Shown here: positions 12,406 through 28,500 of the stretch, piece after piece
Numbering within the stretch: the first letter of the stretch is position 1
Layout: the number at the start of each line of letters is the position of its first letter
NCBI GenBank assembly: GCA_964016885.1
Contig: CAXHJY010000607.1
Coordinates: forward strand, 1-64,000
DNA length: 64,000 nt
Reading direction: 5' to 3'
From: Eledone cirrhosa
Taxonomy: Eukaryota
Position numbers and translations under genes: made by a program
Notes under the pieces: model-generated
The model's database searches: none
Seen by the model: the letters and a program-made list of their open reading frames with translations, nothing else
What the model was told of the DNA's origin: nothing

Positions 12406-15356
12406 CTATTGATTTTACGGAGATATCTTGCTGAAATTCACGCCACACATAGCCAATGAGTGTCTGCACATGTACCAGTAATTACAGATCGATCCGACCA
12501 CGGGCGGCCGGCCCGCGATTGAAAAGGTAACTCCGCCGGCAAATCGCCATTTTTGGATTCGTTTTCTTCGAAGCACACCATTCGCCGGCGGACTTTGTTG
12601 ACGTTTAACACGGTTTGGTTCCACAGCCACAACTATTGATTTTACCGAGATATCTTGCTGAAATTCACGCCACACATAGCCAATGAGTGTCTGCACATGT
12701 ACCAGTAATTACAGATCGATCCGACCACGGACGGCCGGCCCGCGATTGAAAAGGTAACTCCGCCGGCAAATCGCCATTTTTGGATTCGTTTTCTTCGAAG
12801 CACACCATTCGCCGGCGGACTTTGTTGACGTTTAACACGGTTTGGTTCCACAGCCACAACTATTGATTTTACGGAGATATCTTGCTGAAATTCACGCCAC
12901 ACATAGCCAATGAGTGTCTGCACATGTACCAGTAATTACAGATCGATCCGACCACGGGCGGCCGGCCCGCGATTGAAAAGGTAACTCCGCCGGCAAATCG
13001 CCATTTTTGGATTCGTTTTCTTCGAAGCACACCATTCGCCGGCGGACTTTGTTGACGTTTAACACGGTTTGGTTCCACAGCCACAACTATTGATTTTACC
13101 GAGATATCTTGCTGAAATTCACGCCACACATAGCCAATGAGTGTCTGCACATGTACCAGTAATTACAGATCGATCCGACCACGGGCGGCCGGCCCGCGAT
13201 TAAAAAGGTAACTCCGCCGGCAAATCGCCATTTTTGGATTCGTTTTCTTCGAAGCACACCATTCGCCGGCGGACTTTGTTGACGTTTAACACGGTTTGGT
13301 TCCACAGCCACAACTATTGATTTTACGGAGATATCTTGCTGAAATTCACGCCACACATAGCCAATGAGTGTCTGCACATGTACCAGTAATTACAGATCGA
13401 TCCGACCACGGGCGGCCGGCCCGCGATTGAAAAGGTAACTCCGCCGGCAAATCGTCATTTTTGGATTCGTTTTCTTCGAAGCACACCATTCGCCGGCGGA
13501 CTTTGCTGACGTTTAACACGGTTTGGTTCCACAGCCACAACTATTGATTTTACGGAGATATCTTGCTGAAATTCACGCCACACATAGCCAATGAGTGTCT
13601 GCACATGTACCAGTAATTACAGATCGATCCGACCACGGGCGGCCGGCCCGCGATTGAAAAGGTAACTCCGCCGGCAAATCGTCATTTTTGGATTCGTTTT
13701 CTTCGAAGCACACCATTCGCCGGCGGACTTTGCTGACGTTTAACACGGTTTGGTTCCACAGCCACAACTATTGATTTTACGGAGATATCTTGCTGAAATT
13801 CACGCCACACATAGCCAATGAGTGTCTGCACATGTACCAGTAATTACAGATCGATCCGACCACGGGCGGCCGGCCCGCGATTGAAAAGGTAACTCCGCCG
13901 GCAAATCGTCATTTTTGGATTCGTTTTCTTCGAAGCACACCATTCGCCGGCGGACTTTGTTGACGTTTAACACGGTTTGGTTCCACAGCCACAACTATTG
14001 ATTTTACGGAGATATCTTGCTGAAATTCACGCCACACATAGCCAATGAGTGTCTGCACATGTACCAGTAATTACAGATCGATCCGACCACGGGCGGCCGG
14101 CCCGCGATTGAAAAGGTAACTCCGCCGGCAAATCGTCATTTTTGGATTCGTTTTCTTCGAAGCACACCATTCGCCGGCGGACTTTGTTGACGTTTAACAC
14201 GGTTTGGTTCCACAGCCACAACTATTGATTTTACTGAGATATCTTGCTGAAATTCACGCCACACATAGCCAATGAGTGTCTGCACATGTACCAGTAATTA
14301 CAGATCGATCCGACCACGGGCGGCCGGCCCGCGATTGAAAAGGTAACTCCGCCGGCAAATCGCCATTTTTGGATTCGTTTTCTTCGAAGCACACCATTCG
14401 CCGGCGGACTTTGTTGACGTTTAACACGGTTTGGTTCCACAGCCACAACTATTGATTTTACGGAGATATCTTGCTGAAATTCACGCCACACATAGCCAAT
14501 GAGTGTCTGCACATGTACCAGTAATTACAGATCGATCCGACCACGGGCGGCCGGCCCGCGATTGAAAAGGTAACTCCGCCGGCAAATCGCCATTTTTGGA
14601 TTCGTTTTCTTCGAAGCACACCATTCGCCGGCGGACTTTGTTGACGTTTAACACGGTTTGGTTCCACAGCCACAACTATTGATTTTACCGAGATATCTTG
14701 CTGAAATTCACGCCACACATAGCCAATGAGTGTCTGCATATGTACCAGTAATTACAGATCGATCCGACCACGGACGGCCGGCCCGCGATTGAAAAGGTAA
14801 CTCCGCCGGCAAATCGCCATTTTTGGATTCGTTTTCTTCGAAGCACACCATTCGCCGGCGGACTTTGTTGACGTTTAACACGGTTTGGTTCCACAGCCAC
14901 AACTATTGATTTTACGGAGATATCTTGCTGAAATTCACGCCACACATAGCCAATGAGTGTCTGCACATGTACCAGTAATTACAGATCGATCCGACCACGG
15001 GCGGCCGGCCCGCGATTGAAAAGGTAACTCCGCCGGCAAATCGCCATTTTTGGATTCGTTTTCTTCGAAGCACACCATTCGCCGGCGGACTTTGTTGACG
15101 TTTAACACGGTTTGGTTCCACAGCCACAACTATTGATTTTACCGAGATATCTTGCTGAAATTCACGCCACACATAGCCAATGAGTGTCTGCACATGTACC
15201 AGTAATTACAGATCGATCCGACCACGGGCGGCCGGCCCGCGATTGAAAAGGTAACTCCGCCGGCAAATCGCCATTTTTGGATTCGTTTTCTTCGAAGCAC
15301 ACCATTCGCCGGCGGACTTTGTTGACGTTTAACACGGTTTGGTTCCACAGCCACAA
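11530..15356. repeat. 9-monomer (2043-bp) offset duplication
   Basis: Units 11530-13313 match units 13573-15356 in variant order (ACTGAG at 12192 and 14235; ACCGAG plus ACGGAC units at 12665 and 14708). Confidence 0.7.
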
Positions 15357-16523
15357 CTATTGATTTTACCGAGATATCTTGCTGAAATTCACGCCACACA
15401 TAGCCAATGAGTGTCTGCACATGTACCAGTAATTACAGATCGATCCGACCACGGACGGCCGGCCCGCGATTGAAAAGGTAACTCCGCCGGCAAATCGCCA
15501 TTTTTGGATTCGTTTTCTTCGAAGCACACCATTCGCCGGCGGACTTTGTTGACGTTTAACACGGTTTGGTTCCACAGCCACAACTATTGATTTTACGGAG
15601 ATATCTTGCTGAAATTCACGCCACACATAGCCAATGAGTGTCTGCACATGTACCAGTAATTACAGATCGATCCGACCACGGGCGGCCGGCCCGCGATTGA
15701 AAAGGTAACTCCGCCGGCAAATCGCCATTTTTGGATTCGTTTTCTTCGAAGCACACCATTCGCCGGCGGACTTTGTTGACGTTTAACACGGTTTGGTTCC
15801 ACAGCCACAACTATTGATTTTACCGAGATATCTTGCTGAAATTCACGCCACACATAGCCAATGAGTGTCTGCACATGTACCAGTAATTACAGATCGATCC
15901 GACCACGGACGGCCGGCCCGCGATTGAAAAGGTAACTCCGCCGGCAAATCGCCATTTTTGGATTCGTTTTCTTCGAAGCACACCATTCGCCGGCGGACTT
16001 TGTTGACGTTTAACACGGTTTGGTTCCACAGCCACAACTATTGATTTTACGGAGATATCTTGCTGAAATTCACGCCACACATAGCCAATGAGTGTCTGCA
16101 CATGTACCAGTAATTACAGATCGATCCGACCACGGGCGGCCGGCCCGCGATTGAAAAGGTAACTCCGCCGGCAAATCGCCATTTTTGGATTCGTTTTCTT
16201 CGAAGCACACCATTCGCCGGCGGACTTTGTTGACGTTTAACACGGTTTGGTTCCACAGCCACAACTATTGATTTTACCGAGATATCTTGCTGAAATTCAC
16301 GCCACACATAGCCAATGAGTGTCTGCACATGTACCAGTAATTACAGATCGATCCGACCACGGGCGGCCGGCCCGCGATTGAAAAGGTAACTCCGCCGGCA
16401 AATCGCCATTTTTGGATTCGTTTTCTTCGAAGCACACCATTCGCCGGCGGACTTTGTTGACGTTTAACACGGTTTGGTTCCACAGCCACAACTATTGATT
16501 TTACCGAGATATCTTGCTGAAAT

Positions 16524-19500
16524 TCACGCCACACATAGCCAATGAGTGTCTGCACATGTACCAGTAATTACAGATCGATCCGACCACGGACGGCCGGCCC
16601 GCGATTGAAAAGGTAACTCCGCCGGCAAATCGCCATTTTTGGATTCGTTTTCTTCGAAGCACACCATTCGCCGGCGGACTTTGTTGACGTTTAACACGGT
16701 TTGGTTCCACAGCCACAACTATTGATTTTACGGAGATATCTTGCTGAAATTCACGCCAAACATAGCCAATGAGTGTCTGCACATGTACCAGTAATTACAG
16801 ATCGATCCGACCACGGGCGGCCGGCCCGCGATTGAAAAGGTAACTCCGCCGGCAAATCGCCATTTTTGGATTCGTTTTCTTCGAAGCACACCATTCGCCG
16901 GCGGACTTTGTTGACGTTTAACACGGTTTGGTTCCACAGCCACAACTATTGATTTTACCGAGATATCTTGCTGAAATTCACGCCACACATAGCCAATGAG
17001 TGTCTGCACATGTACCAGTAATTACAGATCGATCCGACCACGGGCGGCCGGCCCGCGATTGAAAAGGTAACTCCGCCGGCAAATCGCCATTTTTGGATTC
17101 GTTTTCTTCGAAGCACACCATTCGCCGGCGGACTTTGTTGACGTTTAACACGGTTTGGTTCCACAGCCACAACTATTGATTTTACGGAGATATCTTGCTG
17201 AAATTCACGCCACACATAGCCAATGAGTGTCTGCACATGTACCAGTAATTACAGATCGATCCGACCACGGGCGGCCGGCCCGCGATTAAAAGGTAACTCC
17301 GCCGGCAAATCGTCATTTTTGGATTCGTTTTCTTCGAAGCACACCATTCGCCGGCGGACTTTGCTGACGTTTAACACGGTTTGGTTCCACAGCCACAACT
17401 ATTGATTTTACGGAGATATCTTGCTGAAATTCACGCCACACATAGCCAATGAGTGTCTGCACATGTACCAGTAATTACAGATCGATCCGACCACGGGCGG
17501 CCGGCCCGCGATTGAAAAGGTAACTCCGCCGGCAAATCGCCATTTTTTGGATTCGTTTTCTTCGAAGCACACCATTCGCCGGCGGACTTTGTTGACGTTT
17601 AACACGGTTTGGTTCCACAGCCACAACTATTGATTTTACGGAGATATCTTGCTGAAATTCACGCCACACATAGCCAATGAGTGTCTGCACATGTACCAGT
17701 AATTACAGATCGATCCGACCACGGGCGGCCGGCCCGCGATTGAAAAGGTAACTCCGCCGGCAAATCGTCATTTTTGGATTCGTTTTCTTCGAAGCACACC
17801 ATTCGCCGGCGGACTTTGCTGACGTTTAACACGGTTTGGTTCCACAGCCACAACTATTGATTTTACGGAGATATCTTGCTGAAATTCACGCCACACATAG
17901 CCAATGAGTGTCTGCACATGTACCAGTAATTACAGATCGATCCGACCACGGGCGGCCGGCCCGCGATTGAAAAGGTAACTCCGCCGGCAAATCGCCATTT
18001 TTGGATTCGTTTTCTTCGAAGCACACCATTCGCCGGCGGACTTTGTTGACGTTTAACACGGTTTGGTTCCACAGCCACAACTATTGATTTTACGGAGATA
18101 TCTTGCTGAAATTCACGCCACACATAGCCAATGAGTGTCTGCACATGTACCAGTAATTACAGATCGATCCGACCACGGGCGGCCGGCCCGCGATTGAAAA
18201 GGTAACTCCGCCGGCAAATCGTCATTTTTGGATTCGTTTTCTTCGAAGCACACCATTCGCCGGCGGACTTTGTTGACGTTTAACACGGTTTGGTTCCACA
18301 GCCACAACTATTGATTTTACGGAGATATCTTGCTGAAATTCACGCCACACATAGCCAATGAGTGTCTGCACATGTACCAGTAATTACAGATCGATCCGAC
18401 CACGGGCGGCCGACCCGCGATTGAAAAGGTAACTCCGCCGGCAAATCGTCATTTTTGGATTCGTTTTCTTCGAAGCACACCATTCGCCGGCGGACTTTGT
18501 TGACGTTTAACACGGTTTGGTTCCACAGCCACAACTATTGATTTTACTGAGATATCTTGCTGAAATTCACGCCACACATAGCCAATGAGTGTCTGCACAT
18601 GTACCAGTAATTACAGATCGATCCGACCACGGGCGGCCGGCCCGCGATTGAAAAGGTAACTCCGCCGGCAAATCGCCATTTTTGGATTCGTTTTCTTCGA
18701 AGCACACCATTCGCCGGCGGACTTTGTTGACGTTTAACACGGTTTGGTTCCACAGCCACAACTATTGATTTTACGGAGATATCTTGCTGAAATTCACGCC
18801 ACACATAGCCAATGAGTGTCTGCACATGTACCAGTAATTACAGATCGATCCGACCACGGGCGGCCGGCCCGCGATTGAAAAGGTAACTCCGCCGGCAAAT
18901 CGTCATTTTTGGATTCGTTTTCTTCGAAGCACACCATTCGCCGGCGGACTTTGTTGACGTTTAACACGGTTTGGTTCCACAGCCACAACTATTGATTTTA
19001 CGGAGATATCTTGCTGAAATTCACGCCACCCATAGCCAATGAGTGTCTGCACATGTACCAGTAATTACAGATCGATCCGACCACGGGCGGCCGGCCCGCG
19101 ATTGAAAAGGTAACTCCGCCGGCAAATCGTCATTTTTGGATTCGTTTTCTTCGAAGCACACCATTCGCCGGCGGACTTTGCTGACGTTTAACACGGTTTG
19201 GTTCCACAGCCACAACTATTGATTTTACGGAGATATCTTGCTGAAATTCACGCCACCCATAGCCAATGAGTGTCTGCACATGTACCAGTAATTACAGATC
19301 GATCCGACCACGGGCGGCCGGGCCGTGATTGAAAAGGTAACTCCGCCGGCAAATCGTCATTTTTGGATTCGTTTTCTTCGAAGCACACCATTCGCCGGCG
19401 GACTTTGTTGACGTTTAACACGGTTTGGTTCCACAGCCACAACTATTGATTTTACGGAGATATCTTGCTGAAATTCACGCCACCCATAGCCAATGAGTGT

Positions 19501-22500
19501 CTGCACATGTACCAGTAATTACAGATCGACCCGACCACGGGCGGCCGGCCCGCGATTGAAAAGGTAACTCCGCCGGCAAATCGTCATTTTTGGATTCGTT
19601 TTCTTCGAAGCACACCATTCGCCGGCGGACTTTGCTGACGTTTAACACGGTTTGGTTCCACAGCCACAACTATTGATTTTACGGAGATATCTTGCTGAAA
19701 TTCACGCCACACATAGCCAATGAGTGTCTGCACATGTACCAGTAATTACAGATCGATCCGACCACGGGCGGCCGGCCCGCGATTGAAAAGGTAACTCCGC
19801 CGGCAAATCGTCATTTTTGGATTCGTTTTCTTCGAAGCACACCATTCGCCGGCGGACGTTGTTGACGTTTAACACGGTTTGGTTCCACAGCCACAACTAT
19901 TGATTTTACGGAGATATCTTGCTGAAATTCACGCCACACATAGCCAATGAGTGTCTGCACATGTACCAGTAATTACAGATCGATCCGACCACGGGCGGCC
20001 GGGCCGTGATTGAAAAGGTAACTCCGCCGGCAAATCGTCATTTTTGGATTCGTTTTCTTCGAAGCACACCATTCGCCGGCGGACTTTGCTGACGTTTAAC
20101 ACGGTTTGGTTCCACAGCCACAACTATTGATTTTACGGAGATATCTTGCTGAAATTCACGCCACACATAGCCAATGAGTGTCTGCACATGTACCAGTAAT
20201 TACAGATCGATCCGACCACGGGCGGCCGGCCCGCGATTGAAAAGGTAACTCCGCCGGCAAATCGTCATTTTTGGATTCGTTTTCTTCGAAGCACACCATT
20301 CGCCGGCGGACTTTGTTGACGTTTAACACGGTTTGGTTCCACAGCCACAACTATTGATTTTACGGAGATATCTTGCTGAAATTCACGCCACACATAGCCA
20401 ATGAGTGTCTGCACATGTACCAGTAATTATAGATCGATCCGACCACGGGCGGCCGACCCGCGATTGAAAAGGTAACTCCGCCGGCAAATCGTCATTTTTG
20501 GATTCGTTTTCTTCGAAGCACACCATTCGCCGGCGGACTTTGTTGACGTTTAACACGGTTTGGTTCCACAGCCACAACTATTGATTTTACGGAGATATCT
20601 TGCTGAAATTCACGCCACACATAGCCAATGAGTGTCTGCACATGTACCAGTAATTACAGATCGATCCGACCACGGGCGGCCGGCCCGCGATTGAAAAGGT
20701 AACTCCGCCGGCAAATCGCCATTTTTGGATTCGTTTTCTTCGAAGCACACCATTCGCCGGCGGACTTTGTTGACGTTTAACACGGTTTGGTTCCACAGCC
20801 ACAACTATTGATTTTACGGAGATATCTTGCTGAAATTCACGCCACCCATAGCCAATGAGTGTCTGCACATGTACCAGTAATTACAGATCGACCCGACCAC
20901 GGGCGGCCGGCCCGCGATTGAAAAGGTAACTCCGCCGGCAAATCGTCATTTTTGGATTCGTTTTCTTCGAAGCACACCATTCGCCGGCGGACTTTGCTGA
21001 CGTTTAACACGGTTTGGTTCCACAGCCACAACTATTGATTTTACGGAGATATCTTGCTGAAATTCACGCCACACATAGCCAATGAGTGTCTGCACATGTA
21101 CCAGTAATTACAGATCGATCCGACCACGGGCGGCCGGCCCGCGATTGAAAAGGTAACTCCGCCGGCAAATCGTCATTTTTGGATTCGTTTTCTTCGAAGC
21201 ACACCATTCGCCGGCGGACGTTGTTGACGTTTAACACGGTTTGGTTCCACAGCCACAACTATTGATTTTACGGAGATATCTTGCTGAAATTCACGCCACA
21301 CATAGCCAATGAGTGTCTGCACATGTACCAGTAATTACAGATCGATCCGACCACGGGCGGCCGGGCCGTGATTGAAAAGGTAACTCCGCCGGCAAATCGT
21401 CATTTTTGGATTCGTTTTCTTCGAAGCACACCATTCGCCGGCGGACTTTGTTGACGTTTAACACGGTTTGGTTCCACAGCCACAACTATTGATTTTACGG
21501 AGATATCTTGCTGAAATTCACGCCACACATAGCCAATGAGTGTCTGCACATGTACCAGTAATTATAGATCGATCCGACCACGGGCGGCCGACCCGCGATT
21601 GAAAAGGTAACTCCGCCGGCAAATCGTCATTTTTGGATTCGTTTTCTTCGAAGCACACCATTCGCCGGCGGACTTTGTTGACGTTTAACACGGTTTGGTT
21701 CCACAGCCACAACTATTGATTTTACGGAGATATCTTGCTGAAATTCACGCCACACATAGCCAATGAGTGTCTGCACATGTACCAGTAATTACAGATCGAT
21801 CCGACCACGGGCGGCCGGCCCGCGATTGAAAAGGTAACTCCGCCGGCAAATCGCCATTTTTGGATTCGTTTTCTTCGAAGCACACCATTCGCCGGCGGAC
21901 TTTGTTGACGTTTAACACGGTTTGGTTCCACAGCCACAACTATTGATTTTACGGAGATATCTTGCTGAAATTCACGCCACCCATAGCCAATGAGTGTCTG
22001 CACATGTACCAGTAATTACAGATCGATCCGACCACGGGCGGCCGGCCCGCGATTGAAAAGGTAACTCCGCCGGCAAATCGTCATTTTTGGATTCGTTTTC
22101 TTCGAAGCACACCATTCGCCGGCGGACTTTGCTGACGTTTAACACGGTTTGGTTCCACAGCCACAACTATTGATTTTACGGAGATATCTTGCTGAAATTC
22201 ACGCCACACATAGCCAATGAGTGTCTGCACATGTACCAGTAATTACAGATCGATCCGACCACGGGCGGCCGGCCCGCGATTGAAAAGGTAACTCCGCCGG
22301 CAAATCGTCATTTTTGGATTCGTTTTCTTCGAAGCACACCATTCGCCGGCGGACTTTGTTGACGTTTAACACGGTTTGGTTCCACAGCCACAACTATTGA
22401 TTTTACTGAGATATCTTGCTGAAATTCACGCCACACATAGCCAATGAGTGTCTGCACATGTACCAGTAATTACAGATCGATCCGACCACGGGCGGCCGGC

Positions 22501-25500
22501 CCGCGATTGAAAAGGTAACTCCGCCGGCAAATCGCCATTTTTGGATTCGTTTTCTTCGAAGCACACCATTCGCCGGCGGACTTTGTTGACGTTTAACACG
22601 GTTTGGTTCCACAGCCACAACTATTGATTTTACGGAGATATCTTGCTGAAATTCACGCCACACATAGCCAATGAGTGTCTGCACATGTACCAGTAATTAC
22701 AGATCGATCCGACCACGGGCGGCCGGCCCGCGATTGAAAAGGTAACTCCGCCGGCAAATCGCCATTTTTGGATTCGTTTTCTTCGAAGCACACCATTCGC
22801 CGGCGGACTTTGTTGACGTTTAACACGGTTTGGTTCCACAGCCACAACTATTGATTTTACCGAGATATCTTGCTGAAATTCACGCCACACATAGCCAATG
22901 AGTGTCTGCATATGTACCAGTAATTACAGATCGATCCGACCACGGACGGCCGGCCCGCGATTGAAAAGGTAACTCCGCCGGCAAATCGCCATTTTTGGAT
23001 TCGTTTTCTTCGAAGCACACCATTCGCCGGCGGACTTTGTTGACGTTTAACACGGTTTGGTTCCACAGCCACAACTATTGATTTTACGGAGATATCTTGC
23101 TGAAATTCACGCCACACATAGCCAATGAGTGTCTGCACATGTACCAGTAATTACAGATCGATCCGACCACGGGCGGCCGGCCCGCGATTGAAAAGGTAAC
23201 TCCGCCGGCAAATCGCCATTTTTGGATTCGTTTTCTTCGAAGCACACCATTCGCCGGCGGACTTTGTTGACGTTTAACACGGTTTGGTTCCACAGCCACA
23301 ACTATTGATTTTACCGAGATATCTTGCTGAAATTCACGCCACACATAGCCAATGAGTGTCTGCACATGTACCAGTAATTACAGATCGATCCGACCACGGG
23401 CGGCCGACCCGCGATTGAAAAGGTAACTCCGCCGGCAAATCGCCATTTTTGGATTCGTTTTCTTCGAAGCACACCATTCGCCGGCGGACTTTGTTGACGT
23501 TTAACACGGTTTGGTTCCACAGCCACAACTATTGATTTTACCGAGATATCTTGCTGAAATTCACGCCACACATAGCCAATGAGTGTCTGCACATGTACCA
23601 GTAATTACAGATCGATCCGACCACGGACGGCCGGCCCGCGATTGAAAAGGTAACTCCGCCGGCAAATCGCCATTTTTGGATTCGTTTTCTTCGAAGCACA
23701 CCATTCGCCGGCGGACTTTGTTGACGTTTAACACGGTTTGGTTCCACAGCCACAACTATTGATTTTACGGAGATATCTTGCTGAAATTCACGCCAAACAT
23801 AGCCAATGAGTGTCTGCACATGTACCAGTAATTACAGATCGATCCGACCACGGGCGGCCGGCCCGCGATTGAAAAGGTAACTCCGCCGGCAAATCGCCAT
23901 TTTTGGATTCGTTTTCTTCGAAGCACACCATTCGCCGGCGGACTTTGTTGACGTTTAACACGGTTTGGTTCCACAGCCACAACTATTGATTTTACGGAGA
24001 TATCTTGCTGAAATTCACGCCACACATAGCCAATGAGTGTCTGCACATGTACCAGTAATTACAGATCGATCCGACCACGGGCGGCCGGCCCGCGATTGAA
24101 AAGGTAACTCCGCCGGCAAATCGCCATTTTTTGGATTCGTTTTCTTCGAAGCACACCATTCGCCGGCGGACTTTGTTGACGTTTAACACGGTTTGGTTCC
24201 ACAGCCACAACTATTGATTTTACGGAGATATCTTGCTGAAATTCACGCCACACATAGCCAATGAGTGTCTGCACATGTACCAGTAATTACAGATCGATCC
24301 GACCACGGGCGGCCGGCCCGCGATTGAAAAGGTAACTCCGCCGGCAAATCGTCATTTTTGGATTCGTTTTCTTCGAAGCACACCATTCGCCGGCGGACTT
24401 TGCTGACGTTTAACACGGTTTGGTTCCACAGCCACAACTATTGATTTTACGGAGATATCTTGCTGAAATTCACGCCACACATAGCCAATGAGTGTCTGCA
24501 CATGTACCAGTAATTACAGATCGATCCGACCACGGGCGGCCGGCCCGCGATTGAAAAGGTAACTCCGCCGGCAAATCGCCATTTTTGGATTCGTTTTCTT
24601 CGAAGCACACCATTCGCCGGCGGACTTTGTTGACGTTTAACACGGTTTGGTTCCACAGCCACAACTATTGATTTTACGGAGATATCTTGCTGAAATTCAC
24701 GCCACACATAGCCAATGAGTGTCTGCACATGTACCAGTAATTACAGATCGATCCGACCACGGGCGGCCGGCCCGCGATTGAAAAGGTAACTCCGCCGGCA
24801 AATCGTCATTTTTGGATTCGTTTTCTTCGAAGCACACCATTCGCCGGCGGACTTTGTTGACGTTTAACACGGTTTGGTTCCACAGCCACAACTATTGATT
24901 TTACGGAGATATCTTGCTGAAATTCACGCCACCCATAGCCAATGAGTGTCTGCACATGTACCAGTAATTACAGATCGATCCGACCACGGGCGGCCGGCCC
25001 GCGATTGAAAAGGTAACTCCGCCGGCAAATCGTCATTTTTGGATTCGTTTTCTTCGAAGCACACCATTCGCCGGCGGACTTTGCTGACGTTTAACACGGT
25101 TTGGTTCCACAGCCACAACTATTGATTTTACGGAGATATCTTGCTGAAATTCACGCCACACATAGCCAATGAGTGTCTGCACATGTACCAGTAATTACAG
25201 ATCGATCCGACCACGGGCGGCCGGCCCGCGATTGAAAAGGTAACTCCGCCGGCAAATCGTCATTTTTGGATTCGTTTTCTTCGAAGCACACCATTCGCCG
25301 GCGGACTTTGTTGACGTTTAACACGGTTTGGTTCCACAGCCACAACTATTGATTTTACTGAGATATCTTGCTGAAATTCACGCCACACATAGCCAATGAG
25401 TGTCTGCACATGTACCAGTAATTACAGATCGATCCGACCACGGGCGGCCGGCCCGCGATTGAAAAGGTAACTCCGCCGGCAAATCGCCATTTTTGGATTC

Positions 25501-28500
25501 GTTTTCTTCGAAGCACACCATTCGCCGGCGGACTTTGTTGACGTTTAACACGGTTTGGTTCCACAGCCACAACTATTGATTTTACGGAGATATCTTGCTG
25601 AAATTCACGCCACACATAGCCAATGAGTGTCTGCACATGTACCAGTAATTACAGATCGATCCGACCACGGGCGGCCGGCCCGCGATTGAAAAGGTAACTC
25701 CGCCGGCAAATCGCCATTTTTGGATTCGTTTTCTTCGAAGCACACCATTCGCCGGCGGACTTTGTTGACGTTTAACACGGTTTGGTTCCACAGCCACAAC
25801 TATTGATTTTACCGAGATATCTTGCTGAAATTCACGCCACACATAGCCAATGAGTGTCTGCATATGTACCAGTAATTACAGATCGATCCGACCACGGACG
25901 GCCGGCCCGCGATTGAAAAGGTAACTCCGCCGGCAAATCGCCATTTTTGGATTCGTTTTCTTCGAAGCACACCATTCGCCGGCGGACTTTGTTGACGTTT
26001 AACACGGTTTGGTTCCACAGCCACAACTATTGATTTTACGGAGATATCTTGCTGAAATTCACGCCACACATAGCCAATGAGTGTCTGCACATGTACCAGT
26101 AATTACAGATCGATCCGACCACGGGCGGCCGGCCCGCGATTGAAAAGGTAACTCCGCCGGCAAATCGCCATTTTTGGATTCGTTTTCTTCGAAGCACACC
26201 ATTCGCCGGCGGACTTTGTTGACGTTTAACACGGTTTGGTTCCACAGCCACAACTATTGATTTTACCGAGATATCTTGCTGAAATTCACGCCACACATAG
26301 CCAATGAGTGTCTGCACATGTACCAGTAATTACAGATCGATCCGACCACGGGCGGCCGACCCGCGATTGAAAAGGTAACTCCGCCGGCAAATCGCCATTT
26401 TTGGATTCGTTTTCTTCGAAGCACACCATTCGCCGGCGGACTTTGTTGACGTTTAACACGGTTTGGTTCCACAGCCACAACTATTGATTTTACCGAGATA
26501 TCTTGCTGAAATTCACGCCACACATAGCCAATGAGTGTCTGCACATGTACCAGTAATTACAGATCGATCCGACCACGGACGGCCGGCCCGCGATTGAAAA
26601 GGTAACTCCGCCGGCAAATCGCCATTTTTGGATTCGTTTTCTTCGAAGCACACCATTCGCCGGCGGACTTTGTTGACGTTTAACACGGTTTGGTTCCACA
26701 GCCACAACTATTGATTTTACGGAGATATCTTGCTGAAATTCACGCCAAACATAGCCAATGAGTGTCTGCACATGTACCAGTAATTACAGATCGATCCGAC
26801 CACGGGCGGCCGGCCCGCGATTGAAAAGGTAACTCCGCCGGCAAATCGCCATTTTTGGATTCGTTTTCTTCGAAGCACACCATTCGCCGGCGGACTTTGT
26901 TGACGTTTAACACGGTTTGGTTCCACAGCCACAACTATTGATTTTACCGAGATATCTTGCTGAAATTCACGCCACACATAGCCAATGAGTGTCTGCACAT
27001 GTACCAGTAATTACAGATCGATCCGACCACGGGCGGCCGGCCCGCGATTGAAAAGGTAACTCCGCCGGCAAATCGCCATTTTTGGATTCGTTTTCTTCGA
27101 AGCACACCATTCGCCGGCGGACTTTGTTGACGTTTAACACGGTTTGGTTCCACAGCCACAACTATTGATTTTACGGAGATATCTTGCTGAAATTCACGCC
27201 ACACATAGCCAATGAGTGTCTGCACATGTACCAGTAATTACAGATCGATCCGACCACGGGCGGCCGGCCCGCGATTAAAAGGTAACTCCGCCGGCAAATC
27301 GTCATTTTTGGATTCGTTTTCTTCGAAGCACACCATTCGCCGGCGGACTTTGCTGACGTTTAACACGGTTTGGTTCCACAGCCACAACTATTGATTTTAC
27401 GGAGATATCTTGCTGAAATTCACGCCACACATAGCCAATGAGTGTCTGCACATGTACCAGTAATTACAGATCGATCCGACCACGGGCGGCCGGCCCGCGA
27501 TTGAAAAGGTAACTCCGCCGGCAAATCGCCATTTTTTGGATTCGTTTTCTTCGAAGCACACCATTCGCCGGCGGACTTTGTTGACGTTTAACACGGTTTG
27601 GTTCCACAGCCACAACTATTGATTTTACGGAGATATCTTGCTGAAATTCACGCCACACATAGCCAATGAGTGTCTGCACATGTACCAGTAATTACAGATC
27701 GATCCGACCACGGGCGGCCGGCCCGCGATTGAAAAGGTAACTCCGCCGGCAAATCGTCATTTTTGGATTCGTTTTCTTCGAAGCACACCATTCGCCGGCG
27801 GACTTTGCTGACGTTTAACACGGTTTGGTTCCACAGCCACAACTATTGATTTTACGGAGATATCTTGCTGAAATTCACGCCACACATAGCCAATGAGTGT
27901 CTGCACATGTACCAGTAATTACAGATCGATCCGACCACGGGCGGCCGGCCCGCGATTGAAAAGGTAACTCCGCCGGCAAATCGCCATTTTTGGATTCGTT
28001 TTCTTCGAAGCACACCATTCGCCGGCGGACTTTGTTGACGTTTAACACGGTTTGGTTCCACAGCCACAACTATTGATTTTACGGAGATATCTTGCTGAAA
28101 TTCACGCCACACATAGCCAATGAGTGTCTGCACATGTACCAGTAATTACAGATCGATCCGACCACGGGCGGCCGGCCCGCGATTGAAAAGGTAACTCCGC
28201 CGGCAAATCGTCATTTTTGGATTCGTTTTCTTCGAAGCACACCATTCGCCGGCGGACTTTGTTGACGTTTAACACGGTTTGGTTCCACAGCCACAACTAT
28301 TGATTTTACGGAGATATCTTGCTGAAATTCACGCCACACATAGCCAATGAGTGTCTGCACATGTACCAGTAATTACAGATCGATCCGACCACGGGCGGCC
28401 GGCCCGCGATTGAAAAGGTAACTCCGCCGGCAAATCGTCATTTTTGGATTCGTTTTCTTCGAAGCACACCATTCGCCGGCGGACTTTGTTGACGTTTAAC

